DNA of 64,000 nt from a virus, in IMG/VR virus record IMGVR_UViG_3300021962_000068, positions 16,738 through 80,737 of that record; one strand, written 5' to 3'. Position 1 is the first letter of the stretch, and each line of letters opens with the position of its first letter. The translations under genes were made by a program, and so were the position numbers. The notes beneath the pieces are model-generated. The model was given only the letters and a program-made list of their open reading frames with translations. It searched no databases and had not been told where the DNA came from. Below are positions 36,247-45,967 of the stretch, piece after piece.

Positions 36247-39200
36247 TTATCTCCTTATAGTTGAAGGTTTGGTGCCATAACTTGATCCCATGGCTCTTTG
36301 CATTGGACTATTAGTTCTGGCTACTTCACTTGCAACCATTTCACCAACAATAACTTCAATTTTACGATTTCCACTACTGTCAGTAGTTTCTTTAGTTTCT
36401 GTTTTAGCTCCACTAAAGTTATTTACAACTACTTCTACGTTTTGAGATTGAGTGTTTTGAGCAGTTACTCCTAGTCTGCCGCTATTGTCACGAGTTAGTG
36501 GCATGATAGCTTCAGGGCCTGCTTCACCCATGAGACCGGTGCCGTTGGCGAACTTGAATAGTGTAGGTTGTGAAACAACTGAATTTGTAAACAAACCTCC
36601 CATTCCAAACTTCTTAACTCCCGCATCATATGCTGCACCTTTAGCCGTTATAGCACCAAGAGAGATATTAGTATTAGCTTGGTTAGTTAAATTAGCTAAA
36701 TTAGCACCCTGAGCCATACCATCAAAACCATATGGCGTAATTCCTAAAGCTGTAGCTAAGAAATTACCAAACATGCTCGCACCGCCTTCTTTACCACCAC
36801 TACCTCCAACTAATTTCTGCATTTGTAAACGTATGGTTAGCCTAATAAAATCGCTAATCATTGAGTCTACTAAGTCTTTGAAATTAAACTTACCAGTTTT
36901 AGCAAAATCAGCAATAGCATCGCCCAATTTTTCAAAAGACTGGGATGCAAGATCAGCATACTTCTTTTGTTGATCGGAAACGGAACCCGTTAATCTAGCA
37001 TTCTCAATTTTAGCTGCTGTGCTCTCTTTAATAGCCTTTGTAGCATTTTCAGCTGCAACACTTTCTCTTAACCAAGCTTCTTCAGCAGCTTTTGTAGAAT
37101 CAAGAGACATATTAGGATCTTTTTCTAACGCTTCTTGATATTTGCGTTGTGCTGTATTAATTTTATTTTGTAAATCTTCTTGAGCTCTGCTTTGTTCTAA
37201 TCTAGCTTGCTCAATAGTATAGAGCATAGTTTTATCTTGGATTTCTTGTTCACTGTATCTACTCAGCCCTGCTAAAGTATCAAATCTTGATTTATCTGCA
37301 GTGAGTCGGGCATCTTCTAAGCTACGTTGTGACTGTAATAAGGCTAATCTAGTTTCTTCTTTACGATTAATTTCTGCGTAACGTTGATCAATTTCTTTTA
37401 GTCGTTCTGCTTCTTTTTGTTTTAGTTCTAGTAATTCTTTTTCGCTCTTTCTTCTAGCATCATAACGAACTAAAATTTCTTGCTGTAGTGTATTATTTTG
37501 TTTATAAGACTCTAGTAGTTGCCCACTTATACCGAATTCTTTTGCTGCTGCTTCCAGTGCTGCACTGTTAACTGATTGTGCTGCTAATTTTCGTCTATCT
37601 TTTTCAGTAGTTTTATCAAAGATTTCAGCTTCTACTTTATTAATAGCCTGTAGTTTTTCTAATTCACTGGTATAATTATTTATAGAAATTATATCAAGTT
37701 TTTGCTTATCTTGATTTAATCTAAAAATTTCTTCTTCAGTTTTTCTAATTTCTATATTGGCTTTAGCCAGTAATTCCTGATTAGCTAAACGTACTTTTGC
37801 TACTTTGTCACTATTTTCAAATTCTTGGCGCTGTGCTCGCGCGGCGGCAGTAGCAACAACACTTTGAAAGGTAGAACTAGCAAGTGCGGCTTGCTTTACT
37901 AGATCAGGTGCTCCCGAAAAAGCATTATTTCCACCAACAAAATCAATACCCGCAGGCGCTTGTGCTACATTACCAGTACTAACTATTTTTAAACCCTGCT
38001 GTAACAAAGCAACTCTTGCATCTAGTACTTGTTGCGAAAAGTTTATATCTTGCTCTAGTGTGCGGATACGATCAGCAACTTCTGCTTGACGATCCGCCGG
38101 TCTACTTTTTAACGATTCTAATAGTTGCTCTTTTTGTACTATACTATTTTGCTCTAGTACAAGTGAGTTTTGTTCTATTGATTTTATTAAGTTTATGGTT
38201 TGATCTAGTTGCTGTTTTTGTAGTTGATTTTCTTTAATTGCTATGTCGTATTCTAGAAATGCTTTTGGTAGTTCTTCTTGTACTAATCCTACTAAACCTT
38301 TTTTGAGAACTAAGTTAGCTTTTTCATACGAAGCACTTAAAGCTATTTCTATTGTTTTGGCAAACTGTTGTGCACTAGAAGCTTGTTGTGCCCCTATCTT
38401 TTTATAAACTTCTCTTACTTTATCGTCTATAGTTTTAGTATTAAATAGCTCAATACTGGCTAGTTGAGTCTTATCTTTTTCAATTGTTTCTTTTAGATCT
38501 TTCCACGCACTTAGGTCTGCTGCAGTGCTTATCCCAGATGTAAGAGTTGTTTGTTGTGCTTCTTCTTCTGCTTGTCTGATTCTTTTATTGTATTCTTCTT
38601 CATTTTTTAATATTACTTCACGTAATTTACTAGCTGTAGTAAGAGAAGAATTTCTTTGATCGTATAACTCATTAATTTCTTTTTGTACGTCTAATAGTGC
38701 ATTAACAGTATCGGGACCAAACTTTTTAGCAAGATCAGTACTATTTACTAGCTTTCTGAACTCGTCTAAATTATCAGCACCTTTGGCTAATTCTTTATTT
38801 AAATCATTAACATTCTTAAAACCTTGCATAGCCCATTTAGCTATGCCTGTACTAGGCAGTAAACTAGTTACTATTCCACTAGCTATTTTAGCAGTTTCTG
38901 TTAGCTGATCATTAAAGGCTTTAGTTTCTTCTGTAGCACCTTTAAATTGAGTTGCAATACTTTTTTGAATATCTGATAATTTTACTAATGTTTCAGGTGA
39001 AGCACCCTTTATAGCCTGATTAAATTCCTCAATACTGCTAGTAGCACTAATATTTAATGCTTCAGATGCTTCTTCCTTAAATTTATATAAAAATTTAGTA
39101 TTAGATTCTAGTAATTTAAATGCGACTCCAACAGATTCAATAGATTTAACAGCTAGTTCAGCTTGGGTTCCGAAGCCAAAAAAGTTTTGTACTGCTTCTG

Positions 39201-41133
39201 CGGCTTTATACAACCAATTACCGCTACTTAATTCAGCAGTAGCTTTTTTAGTAACCTCGTCAAAAGATTCTGATAAGGTAAATAGTGCATTTGAAGCAGC
39301 GTAAGCTCCTTCTACTGTTCTTTGTGTTCCACGAGAACCATAGTACTCTAATGTTAAGTTTGCTGCTCTGACCGCTTCAGTTTGTTGTTCAAATGCTTTT
39401 TTAGTTGCTTCAATCGCCTCACTATTACCTCTTATTTTTTCATAAACAGTGGCAAGTATAGGAGCTACCAAGCTAAAAACAGCAATATAAGGACCAAGAG
39501 CACTTAATGCTGTACCGATAGCATTACCGATAGTAACAAATGCACCAGCGCCAACTATTCTAAGTTTATTAAATAAGCCAGATGTTTTAGATGTTTCTTC
39601 CTTAGTTTTAGAAAATCCAGCCATTAAGCCGCCTTCTTCTGCAGCTTTTGAAATATCACTTAAAGATTGTGCCCGTAGAGCACGTTCCTCAGCTCTTTTA
39701 GCTATTTGAATTCGTTGCCACTCTTCACTAAACCTTTTAACGGGCTTATCACTAACTGTTTGTACTTTTTCTTCTCTAATAGCTAAATCAGCTTTAAGTT
39801 TACCCTGCTTATAAACTAAGTCAGCGCGTTGTTTTTCTAAAGCTAAAATTTCTGTTAAAGCTCTTTTTTCGTCCTCTAGCCTTGCTAAATTTTTGGCTTT
39901 GCCACTATCAATTTGTTTTTGTATAGTTTTAATTCTAGAGTCAATAGCCGCTGTTTGCTTAGGATCTAAAGGTTCTGTACTAGATATTACTTCTTTTATA
40001 TTTTTACCGGTGCCTGTAAACGATCTTCCTAGGTCTTTTCTAGTTGAAGCTATCTTTCTATCAATACCCGCTAACTCATTAGTATACTCTTCTCCTTGCT
40101 TACGCAGTGCAGGTATATCAAATAACTTTTCATGTCTAGCAACAAACGATTCACCAAACTTAGTGGCTAAATCTCTAGCAGCTTGGGCAGAATCTTTTGC
40201 AGTTTCTTGTAAATTCTGTCTCCAGCTAGTTACAGCTGGAATTGCTTGTTTTAATAATAATCCTGCTATACCAGCAATTACAGTCGTTAATCCAATAGGG
40301 CTTTCACTTAGTAATCTAGCTATTGGTGCTATTACAGTATTTATTGCCGATAAACCAACTTGAGCAATATCTTTAAAACTTGCTAGTAGCTTTTGATAAG
40401 GATTAGTTTCAATGTTAATTTCTGAAAACTTTTTATTGCCTTCTTCTAGTACGGCTACTGCGAACGCTTGCCTACGCTCAAAGTCGGTAAGTTGACTGCT
40501 TGCTTTACCTATTTTTAAAGCATAAGCATCTACTGCTGGTTCAATCTTAGTAAATATTCCAAGTTCATCTAAGAGTTCAGGCTCTAGTTTAGTGATACCG
40601 CGACTAAGCCTACTTACTGCGTCACTTAAGTCTACACCTAGTGCTTGAGATGCTTTTGTAGCTACTGAAGCAATTTTTAATGTTTGATCGACACCTAAAC
40701 CAGCAGATGTAGCTTTAGTTACTGCTTGTGCAGCTTCGCGAAAACTAATAGCACCTTGTGTTATTTCGGCGAATCTTTTACTTAAGCCACCTAAGGCTAC
40801 ACCGCTAACGGCACCAAGCTGATCCATACCACGAATCATGTTTGTAGTATCCATGGCATTACTAAGTGCGGAAAAGGCGGCTTGTGCAGCAAATAAGTTA
40901 GCAGCAAAAGTAGCGTAAAGACGGACTAAACCGCCAAGACCTTGGGATTGTTTGGCAAAATCTCTTCCTGCCGCTCCAGTACCTACTGCACTGCGGGCAA
41001 CGCCATACTCTTTATTTAGAACTTTTGAACGTTCTAACTCAGAGTTCAATCCTTCAGCATCTTTTCGACGCTGACGCATTGTATTACCTTGATCTCTCAC
41101 AGAGAGATTAATATCGATTTGATTACCTGCCAT
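36247..41133 (-). CDS. Tape measure protein
   Basis: 1628 aa, helical Ala/Lys/Glu-rich; T5 pb2-like N-terminus (KLEPELLDELGI); C-terminal GLMGEAGPEAIMPL. Confidence 0.92.
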   Translation of the reverse strand: MAGNQIDINLSVRDQGNTMRQRRKDAEGLNSELERSKVLNKEYGVARSAVGTGAAGRDFAKQSQGLGGLVRLYATFAANLFAAQAAFSALSNAMDTTNMIRGMDQLGAVSGVALGGLSKRFAEITQGAISFREAAQAVTKATSAGLGVDQTLKIASVATKASQALGVDLSDAVSRLSRGITKLEPELLDELGIFTKIEPAVDAYALKIGKASSQLTDFERRQAFAVAVLEEGNKKFSEINIETNPYQKLLASFKDIAQVGLSAINTVIAPIARLLSESPIGLTTVIAGIAGLLLKQAIPAVTSWRQNLQETAKDSAQAARDLATKFGESFVARHEKLFDIPALRKQGEEYTNELAGIDRKIASTRKDLGRSFTGTGKNIKEVISSTEPLDPKQTAAIDSRIKTIQKQIDSGKAKNLARLEDEKRALTEILALEKQRADLVYKQGKLKADLAIREEKVQTVSDKPVKRFSEEWQRIQIAKRAEERALRAQSLSDISKAAEEGGLMAGFSKTKEETSKTSGLFNKLRIVGAGAFVTIGNAIGTALSALGPYIAVFSLVAPILATVYEKIRGNSEAIEATKKAFEQQTEAVRAANLTLEYYGSRGTQRTVEGAYAASNALFTLSESFDEVTKKATAELSSGNWLYKAAEAVQNFFGFGTQAELAVKSIESVGVAFKLLESNTKFLYKFKEEASEALNISATSSIEEFNQAIKGASPETLVKLSDIQKSIATQFKGATEETKAFNDQLTETAKIASGIVTSLLPSTGIAKWAMQGFKNVNDLNKELAKGADNLDEFRKLVNSTDLAKKFGPDTVNALLDVQKEINELYDQRNSSLTTASKLREVILKNEEEYNKRIRQAEEEAQQTTLTSGISTAADLSAWKDLKETIEKDKTQLASIELFNTKTIDDKVREVYKKIGAQQASSAQQFAKTIEIALSASYEKANLVLKKGLVGLVQEELPKAFLEYDIAIKENQLQKQQLDQTINLIKSIEQNSLVLEQNSIVQKEQLLESLKSRPADRQAEVADRIRTLEQDINFSQQVLDARVALLQQGLKIVSTGNVAQAPAGIDFVGGNNAFSGAPDLVKQAALASSTFQSVVATAAARAQRQEFENSDKVAKVRLANQELLAKANIEIRKTEEEIFRLNQDKQKLDIISINNYTSELEKLQAINKVEAEIFDKTTEKDRRKLAAQSVNSAALEAAAKEFGISGQLLESYKQNNTLQQEILVRYDARRKSEKELLELKQKEAERLKEIDQRYAEINRKEETRLALLQSQRSLEDARLTADKSRFDTLAGLSRYSEQEIQDKTMLYTIEQARLEQSRAQEDLQNKINTAQRKYQEALEKDPNMSLDSTKAAEEAWLRESVAAENATKAIKESTAAKIENARLTGSVSDQQKKYADLASQSFEKLGDAIADFAKTGKFNFKDLVDSMISDFIRLTIRLQMQKLVGGSGGKEGGASMFGNFLATALGITPYGFDGMAQGANLANLTNQANTNISLGAITAKGAAYDAGVKKFGMGGLFTNSVVSQPTLFKFANGTGLMGEAGPEAIMPLTRDNSGRLGVTAQNTQSQNVEVVVNNFSGAKTETKETTDSSGNRKIEVIVGEMVASEVARTNSPMQRAMGSSYGTKPSTIRR

Positions 41134-41174
41134 AAACCCTCCAGGGGTAATAAATTTTTGCTAAAGTTTTGATT

Positions 41175-41203
41175 ATTATAACACAAGGGTTTAAATTTGT
41201 CAA
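41175..41203 (-). promoter_or_regulatory. Late promoter TTGACA-N17-TATAAT upstream of tape measure gene
   Basis: Perfect consensus. Confidence 0.88.
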
Positions 41204-41220
41204 CCATATTTTTTAACAAC

Positions 41221-41256
41221 AAAATAGCCCGCTGTACCAAGAGCACAACGGGCTTT
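41221..41256 (-). terminator. Intrinsic terminator after tail chaperones
   Basis: AGCCCG..CGGGCT stem followed by T-rich tract on the minus strand. Confidence 0.65.
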
Positions 41257-41258
41257 AA

Positions 41259-41636
41259 CTAAGGAGTTTTGGTTCTTGATATATTAGATGCTCTAATATT
41301 GTCAATCATATTTATTAGAACAAACATGATTTTATATTCGCTTTCAATAACTTCCCAAAACTCAAATACTTGTTTAATATTGGTTAAATCTTTGCCCATA
41401 TAAGCACCAGACATAGAATCCCATCTATCTCGAAGATAAGAGTAGATTTCTATAGCTGTCTGGGCTTGATATGGTAAATCTGAAACTTCTACTGGAATCT
41501 CATCTTCAACAGGTTCGGTTCCCATCATTTCGCACATTTCTAAATAGTGCTCTTTTGTTACACCACCAACAGATATATTACCTATATAATTTTCTAATTG
41601 TTTTTCTAAATCTGTTAGTTGTTGTTCGAAAAATTT
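41259..41636 (-). CDS. Tail assembly chaperone C-terminal extension (gpGT-like), reached by -1 frameshift
   Basis: The -1 frame is open from slippery A AAT TTT (41636-41630) through FEQQLTDLEK...MCEMMG to the stop at 41259. Confidence 0.8.
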   Translation of the reverse strand, partial: KFFEQQLTDLEKQLENYIGNISVGGVTKEHYLEMCEMMGTEPVEDEIPVEVSDLPYQAQTAIEIYSYLRDRWDSMSGAYMGKDLTNIKQVFEFWEVIESEYKIMFVLINMIDNIRASNISRTKTP

Positions 41637-42025
41637 GCTAAGTCAGCAACTTTCTCAGTTACAAAAGCGTCAAAATCAGAACTGTTCTTCATTAGATACA
41701 AAGCATTTTCTTCTGAGTATGCTAGCTCGTCCTCTAGGTCTAAACCTTCTAGATCTACGGGGGCTAGTTTATCTACATAAGCAAACTTAAGTCCACTCCA
41801 ACCTTTTACTGCATTTTCTACATACAGTTTTAAGAAAGTATCTTCATCAAATTCTTCGGTTGGTTGACGATTTTTATATACAGTTTTTGTTGCTTTTTTT
41901 CTAATACTTATCAAGGTCTCGCGACTGATAAAGTTTAGGGAAAGTTTAAAATCTGGGTAACCAGGATACTCTACTTGTACACTTTTTGATGCAACAAGTA
42001 GATTCTTTAGTGAAACTGTTGACAT
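41615..42025 (-). CDS. Tail assembly chaperone (gpG-like)
   Basis: Between major tail and tape measure genes; VKGWSGLK motif; slippery site before its stop. Confidence 0.85.
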   Translation of the reverse strand: MSTVSLKNLLVASKSVQVEYPGYPDFKLSLNFISRETLISIRKKATKTVYKNRQPTEEFDEDTFLKLYVENAVKGWSGLKFAYVDKLAPVDLEGLDLEDELAYSEENALYLMKNSSDFDAFVTEKVADLANFSNNN

Positions 42026-42042
42026 TTAATTCCTTTTAATTA

Positions 42043-43203
42043 TTAAGCATTTGGTGAATAGTAAGTAACTACTAGTTCGTTAGTTTGCTCAACGTCAAAC
42101 TCACTTGCACCACTATTCCAGCCTTGAGCTGTAAAGTTAATAGTAGTTGAAATTACTGATTCACTAGAGATTGTTGGGATTTGCACACTGGTATGTGGCA
42201 TATCAAAGTGGATGCGTAGTGGAGCTGCTGCGCCACCGCCAAGATAAATATTTAAGTCCCAATTTGGTTCTGTAGTATTATCAGCATCTACTAGTAGTTG
42301 GCTCATTAGAGGGCCAGTATTTCCTGCACCAGTTTTTAAGTAGGCTGTTAGTGAACCACTAACTGCACGAGTACCGGTAAAGTATGTAATAGGCTTATTA
42401 ACAATACCAAGATTAGCTGGTGTTAGATAAGTAACATTATTAGAAATAGTAATGCTACCACCAGTTAGAGGAATGTTATAAATAGTACCTGCTCCACCCT
42501 TTTGTATAGTAACAGCACTTAATTTATTAGCTAAGTAATGTGCTGCAACATCTTTGGCTTTACAAGAACCAGTATAAGAACCACTTAAAGAACTAACTCC
42601 AGCAACTGGTGTGCCAATAACTAAGTCAGTACCACGACCGGTTAGTTTAGCTGCTCTACCTGTCCACTGAATAGTTGCAATTGCATCAATACCAAAATCA
42701 ATTGTAGCTTGGTCTAAAACACAGTTTTCTAATACATATGTATCATTATCAACTGCCATTAGTAGTACAAATTTTTCTAGTTGGTGCTTATCGCTGTTAT
42801 TCCAGTTAACAGAAGCATTACTTACGCCATCTACGCCATCTGACCAGCCGCTGCCATCATCAGATGAAAGAGCACCCCAAAGAACGCCTTCTTCAGCACC
42901 AATATCTTGACCGCCAACAGTAGCTTTAGTAGGTCTCATGTATGTACTAAAACTAAACTCAACTGGATCTAGTGCTGTATTAAATGTACGCTGACCACGA
43001 ATAGGTTCGTTGCCAGACTCATTTAGTGTGATGGTGTCGCTAGTAGTATTTTGTGAAAAACTAAATCCATCTAGGATTTGAATTTCGTATGCCGTTGTGT
43101 CATCAAGGGTTGGGGAACCTAATAGTTCTCCAGTAACTTGATTAACTGCAGCGGCACCTTTTACTAAAACCATCTTAGTATTACGAATTAGATTAACTGC
43201 CAT
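42043..43203 (-). CDS. Major tail tube protein (T5 pb6-like)
   Basis: NLIRNT, EIQILDGFSFSQ, FNTALDPVEFSFSTYMRP, FTGTRAVSGSLTAYL. Confidence 0.88.
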   Translation of the reverse strand: MAVNLIRNTKMVLVKGAAAVNQVTGELLGSPTLDDTTAYEIQILDGFSFSQNTTSDTITLNESGNEPIRGQRTFNTALDPVEFSFSTYMRPTKATVGGQDIGAEEGVLWGALSSDDGSGWSDGVDGVSNASVNWNNSDKHQLEKFVLLMAVDNDTYVLENCVLDQATIDFGIDAIATIQWTGRAAKLTGRGTDLVIGTPVAGVSSLSGSYTGSCKAKDVAAHYLANKLSAVTIQKGGAGTIYNIPLTGGSITISNNVTYLTPANLGIVNKPITYFTGTRAVSGSLTAYLKTGAGNTGPLMSQLLVDADNTTEPNWDLNIYLGGGAAAPLRIHFDMPHTSVQIPTISSESVISTTINFTAQGWNSGASEFDVEQTNELVVTYYSPNA

Positions 43204-43258
43204 AGTTATTCCTTTTATGTATTAAATAGTCGCCTATTTAGCTAGATATTTATCTGCG

Positions 43259-43711
43259 TTAATAATTGACTGTGTTTATTGGATATCGGACCTGAACACT
43301 TATTTCACCGACTCCATATGGTGATAATACTCCTTCATCCGTTACTATACTAGTTATTAGTATTTCTGTAGTATCAGAAGAATTATCTGTGTCGTATACG
43401 AGGTTTCTATTTTTGTCGATACACTTTTCTATATCTGACAGTAACATCTCTAATTCTTCTTGAGATTCTTCACCTTTTACATATACTTTAATTCCAATAT
43501 TTAGAAAGCCCCAAGCAAACTGGCTTGGATGGTACTCTCTAACTTCTGAGCCGGGGCTCATATAAATTGATGGAAAATCGTTAATTTCGTCCCAAAATTT
43601 TAACTTTGGATAACTATTATTATAGATATTGGTTTGATAACCATTAGTTCCATCAATCTCTTTTAACTTTTCGGCTAAAGCCTTAATAATACTTGTTCTT
43701 TTAGTACTCAT
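43259..43711 (-). CDS. Tail terminator protein (T5 p142-like)
   Basis: KFWDEINDFP, ITSIVTDEGVLSPYGVGEI; synteny. Confidence 0.8.
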   Translation of the reverse strand: MSTKRTSIIKALAEKLKEIDGTNGYQTNIYNNSYPKLKFWDEINDFPSIYMSPGSEVREYHPSQFAWGFLNIGIKVYVKGEESQEELEMLLSDIEKCIDKNRNLVYDTDNSSDTTEILITSIVTDEGVLSPYGVGEISVQVRYPINTVNY

Positions 43712-45303
43712 ACTAAGACCGCCCGCATTCTATTTGCTACCTGTTGGGAAGCAAGTTCTCTTATTGATTTAGATATTAGTAGTCTAGGACTACGTGTACC
43801 TGGAGACCCTTGTTTAAATCCTGGTTCAAAAGTTTGATAAGGATTACGCATATAGGTATAAAAAGCAGTTATCATGCCTTCACGACTTTGCGACATTTTA
43901 GTAACTTTAACGCTTTCAGCAAATCTACCGCTTTGTAAGTTTAGAATATCTCGCCTACTGCCGTCGCCCATGTTCTCTTTAATTTTTTGAGATAAACTCA
44001 TATTAATTAAATTTTGCAATTTAACTAAACTTGGTAATCCTTGCGCTTTAAAATTTATTGAGGAGCTGCTAGGTTTTATACCTACGACTTTTTTACCAGG
44101 TTTAATTATACCAGATAGCGTAGATACTTTTTCTTTTACTGTATTTCTACTTTTTCTTGAAGTAGTAGCTTTAAACGAAGTTACGCGCTCTCCGGCAATG
44201 GTTTTTAAAATTACATTAGTAATATGTTCTTCTAAACTTGGAGAACTTCTACCTTTTAATACTAGTCTACCTAACTTAGACCCCGCACTAGTAAAAGCTT
44301 GTGCTAGTTTGTTTAGTGTAGCCCTATTGACGCCATAAGGAGAGTTTTTTTCAAGAGTTGAACCACGTAGTTGATTTAATACGCTATTTTCAAATTTAAC
44401 TATATTACCACCAAAAGATACAAAGATTTTTACAAAAGAATCAGAAAAATCTTTTGTGATAGTAATGTATTCTTCAACCTGTCTTGATGTATTTATAAAA
44501 TCTTCTGTAGCAAGCATTGCTTTTTTAGCTTTAGCTTCTACCGATCCTTCGCTCTGCATTACATCAAAAATTATAGATACTATTTTTGGAGAATTAAAAC
44601 TTAAAGTTATATTACCTTCTGCATCCGTACTTCCAACCGCAGTATGTCCATAGTCTAGTAGTTTTCCAACGGAGTCTATATCTGTATTTAGACCTCTTAC
44701 TGCAATTAGACCTTCTAAAGAATTAGATAGTGCGTTAGACCAACCTTTATTACTAGCTAATAAATCAAAGGTTGGAAATATATAGAAACTGGCTTGGCTA
44801 CTTGATAGATCTGATAAAAATAAAACTTTATCAAAAATATTTTTAAACTGTTTAATAACTAAGTTAGGGTTTTCCGCACCTACTGTAGCTATAGATTTAA
44901 CTTTTTCTTGTAATACTTTACTATTTGTAGAGGTACTAATACCTTTTAAGTAACTTTCTGCACTTTTAATAGTATCTAGTATAAGATCTATTTCTGCATT
45001 AGTTAGTTTTTTTGCTCTGTTTTTATTTGAAGATGCAAATTCTTCCCCAATAAACTCACTAATAGAAGATTCTAAATTAGTATATTTCTGGAGCTCTCTT
45101 TTTATATTATTATAGTCTATAACAAATAAAGTTGGAAATGTAGCATCAACTACACTTCTAAAAGATAAGTTTTTTCGCTCGTATAATCTTTCGTCTCTGT
45201 AGGACAGACCCTGCTTAACATAAGTACCTATACTTTCTAACAAGTTAGGAGCTAGATTCTGTACAAATTCTGGTGCAGCATAAGTTATTTTACCTGCTGC
45301 CAT
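43708..45303 (-). CDS. Tail completion protein (T5 p143-like C-terminus) with long N-terminal region
   Basis: C-terminal LNLQSGRFAESVKV..YTYMRNPYQTFE..RSPRLLISKSIRE; synteny. Confidence 0.65.
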   Translation of the reverse strand: MAAGKITYAAPEFVQNLAPNLLESIGTYVKQGLSYRDERLYERKNLSFRSVVDATFPTLFVIDYNNIKRELQKYTNLESSISEFIGEEFASSNKNRAKKLTNAEIDLILDTIKSAESYLKGISTSTNSKVLQEKVKSIATVGAENPNLVIKQFKNIFDKVLFLSDLSSSQASFYIFPTFDLLASNKGWSNALSNSLEGLIAVRGLNTDIDSVGKLLDYGHTAVGSTDAEGNITLSFNSPKIVSIIFDVMQSEGSVEAKAKKAMLATEDFINTSRQVEEYITITKDFSDSFVKIFVSFGGNIVKFENSVLNQLRGSTLEKNSPYGVNRATLNKLAQAFTSAGSKLGRLVLKGRSSPSLEEHITNVILKTIAGERVTSFKATTSRKSRNTVKEKVSTLSGIIKPGKKVVGIKPSSSSINFKAQGLPSLVKLQNLINMSLSQKIKENMGDGSRRDILNLQSGRFAESVKVTKMSQSREGMITAFYTYMRNPYQTFEPGFKQGSPGTRSPRLLISKSIRELASQQVANRMRAVLV

Positions 45304-45305
45304 AT

Positions 45306-45875
45306 TTAATCCCAGCTAGCTTTATAGAGGTTAAGTACGCGAGCAATATGACTAGGAAATTGTGCACTGGTCATATACTCAAGCTGTAAGCTACCACTTG
45401 ATGTAGTTTTTTGCATATGCGAAATTGCATCGCTTTTCATGTAAAAAACCATTAAGTCTAAAACTGCTAATTTTAAATCTTGAGGTATTGTTTCATATCC
45501 AGCAAAATAAGATACTTTATAACCATTAATCTTTTTTGTAAACCCTGAACTAGATAAACTCTGCAAGGTTTGATTTTCTTCATCGAAAGCGTAGTTTACG
45601 TATTCTTCCATGTCTGTGTAGTCTTGACCATAATTTTCACTGGTTTCAAAACTAATAATACGCACAACTGGATATTCTTTAAAGTAGTATGTAGAGCTAC
45701 CGCCACTAAAATACTCAGTTTTAGCCTCATCTAGATGGTCATTAAATCTTCTGCCACAAAAGCTCTTTACTAGCTCACTAACTTTTGGAATTAATGAGTC
45801 GATTATGGCGTCCTGATTTTCGCTATTAATTCCAACATATGCTTTATATTCTTGTCTTGTAATTAAATCGGCCAT
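45306..45875 (-). CDS. Head completion / head-tail connector (T5 p144-like)
   Basis: LITRQEYKAYVG, SYFAGYETIPQDLKLA, FPSHIARVLNLY. Confidence 0.8.
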   Translation of the reverse strand: MADLITRQEYKAYVGINSENQDAIIDSLIPKVSELVKSFCGRRFNDHLDEAKTEYFSGGSSTYYFKEYPVVRIISFETSENYGQDYTDMEEYVNYAFDEENQTLQSLSSSGFTKKINGYKVSYFAGYETIPQDLKLAVLDLMVFYMKSDAISHMQKTTSSGSLQLEYMTSAQFPSHIARVLNLYKASWD

Positions 45876-45926
45876 TTTACGACTCCTTGTTATCTTTTTA
45901 TAGATACTCGTAAAAGTACCTATAAA

Positions 45927-45953
45927 AAGATAGGGAGATTTACTCCCTATCTT
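45927..45953 (-). terminator. Intrinsic terminator after major capsid gene
   Basis: AAGATAGGGAG-N5-CTCCCTATCTT followed by T run on the minus strand. Confidence 0.75.
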
Positions 45954-45967
45954 AAACCTAATTTAGA

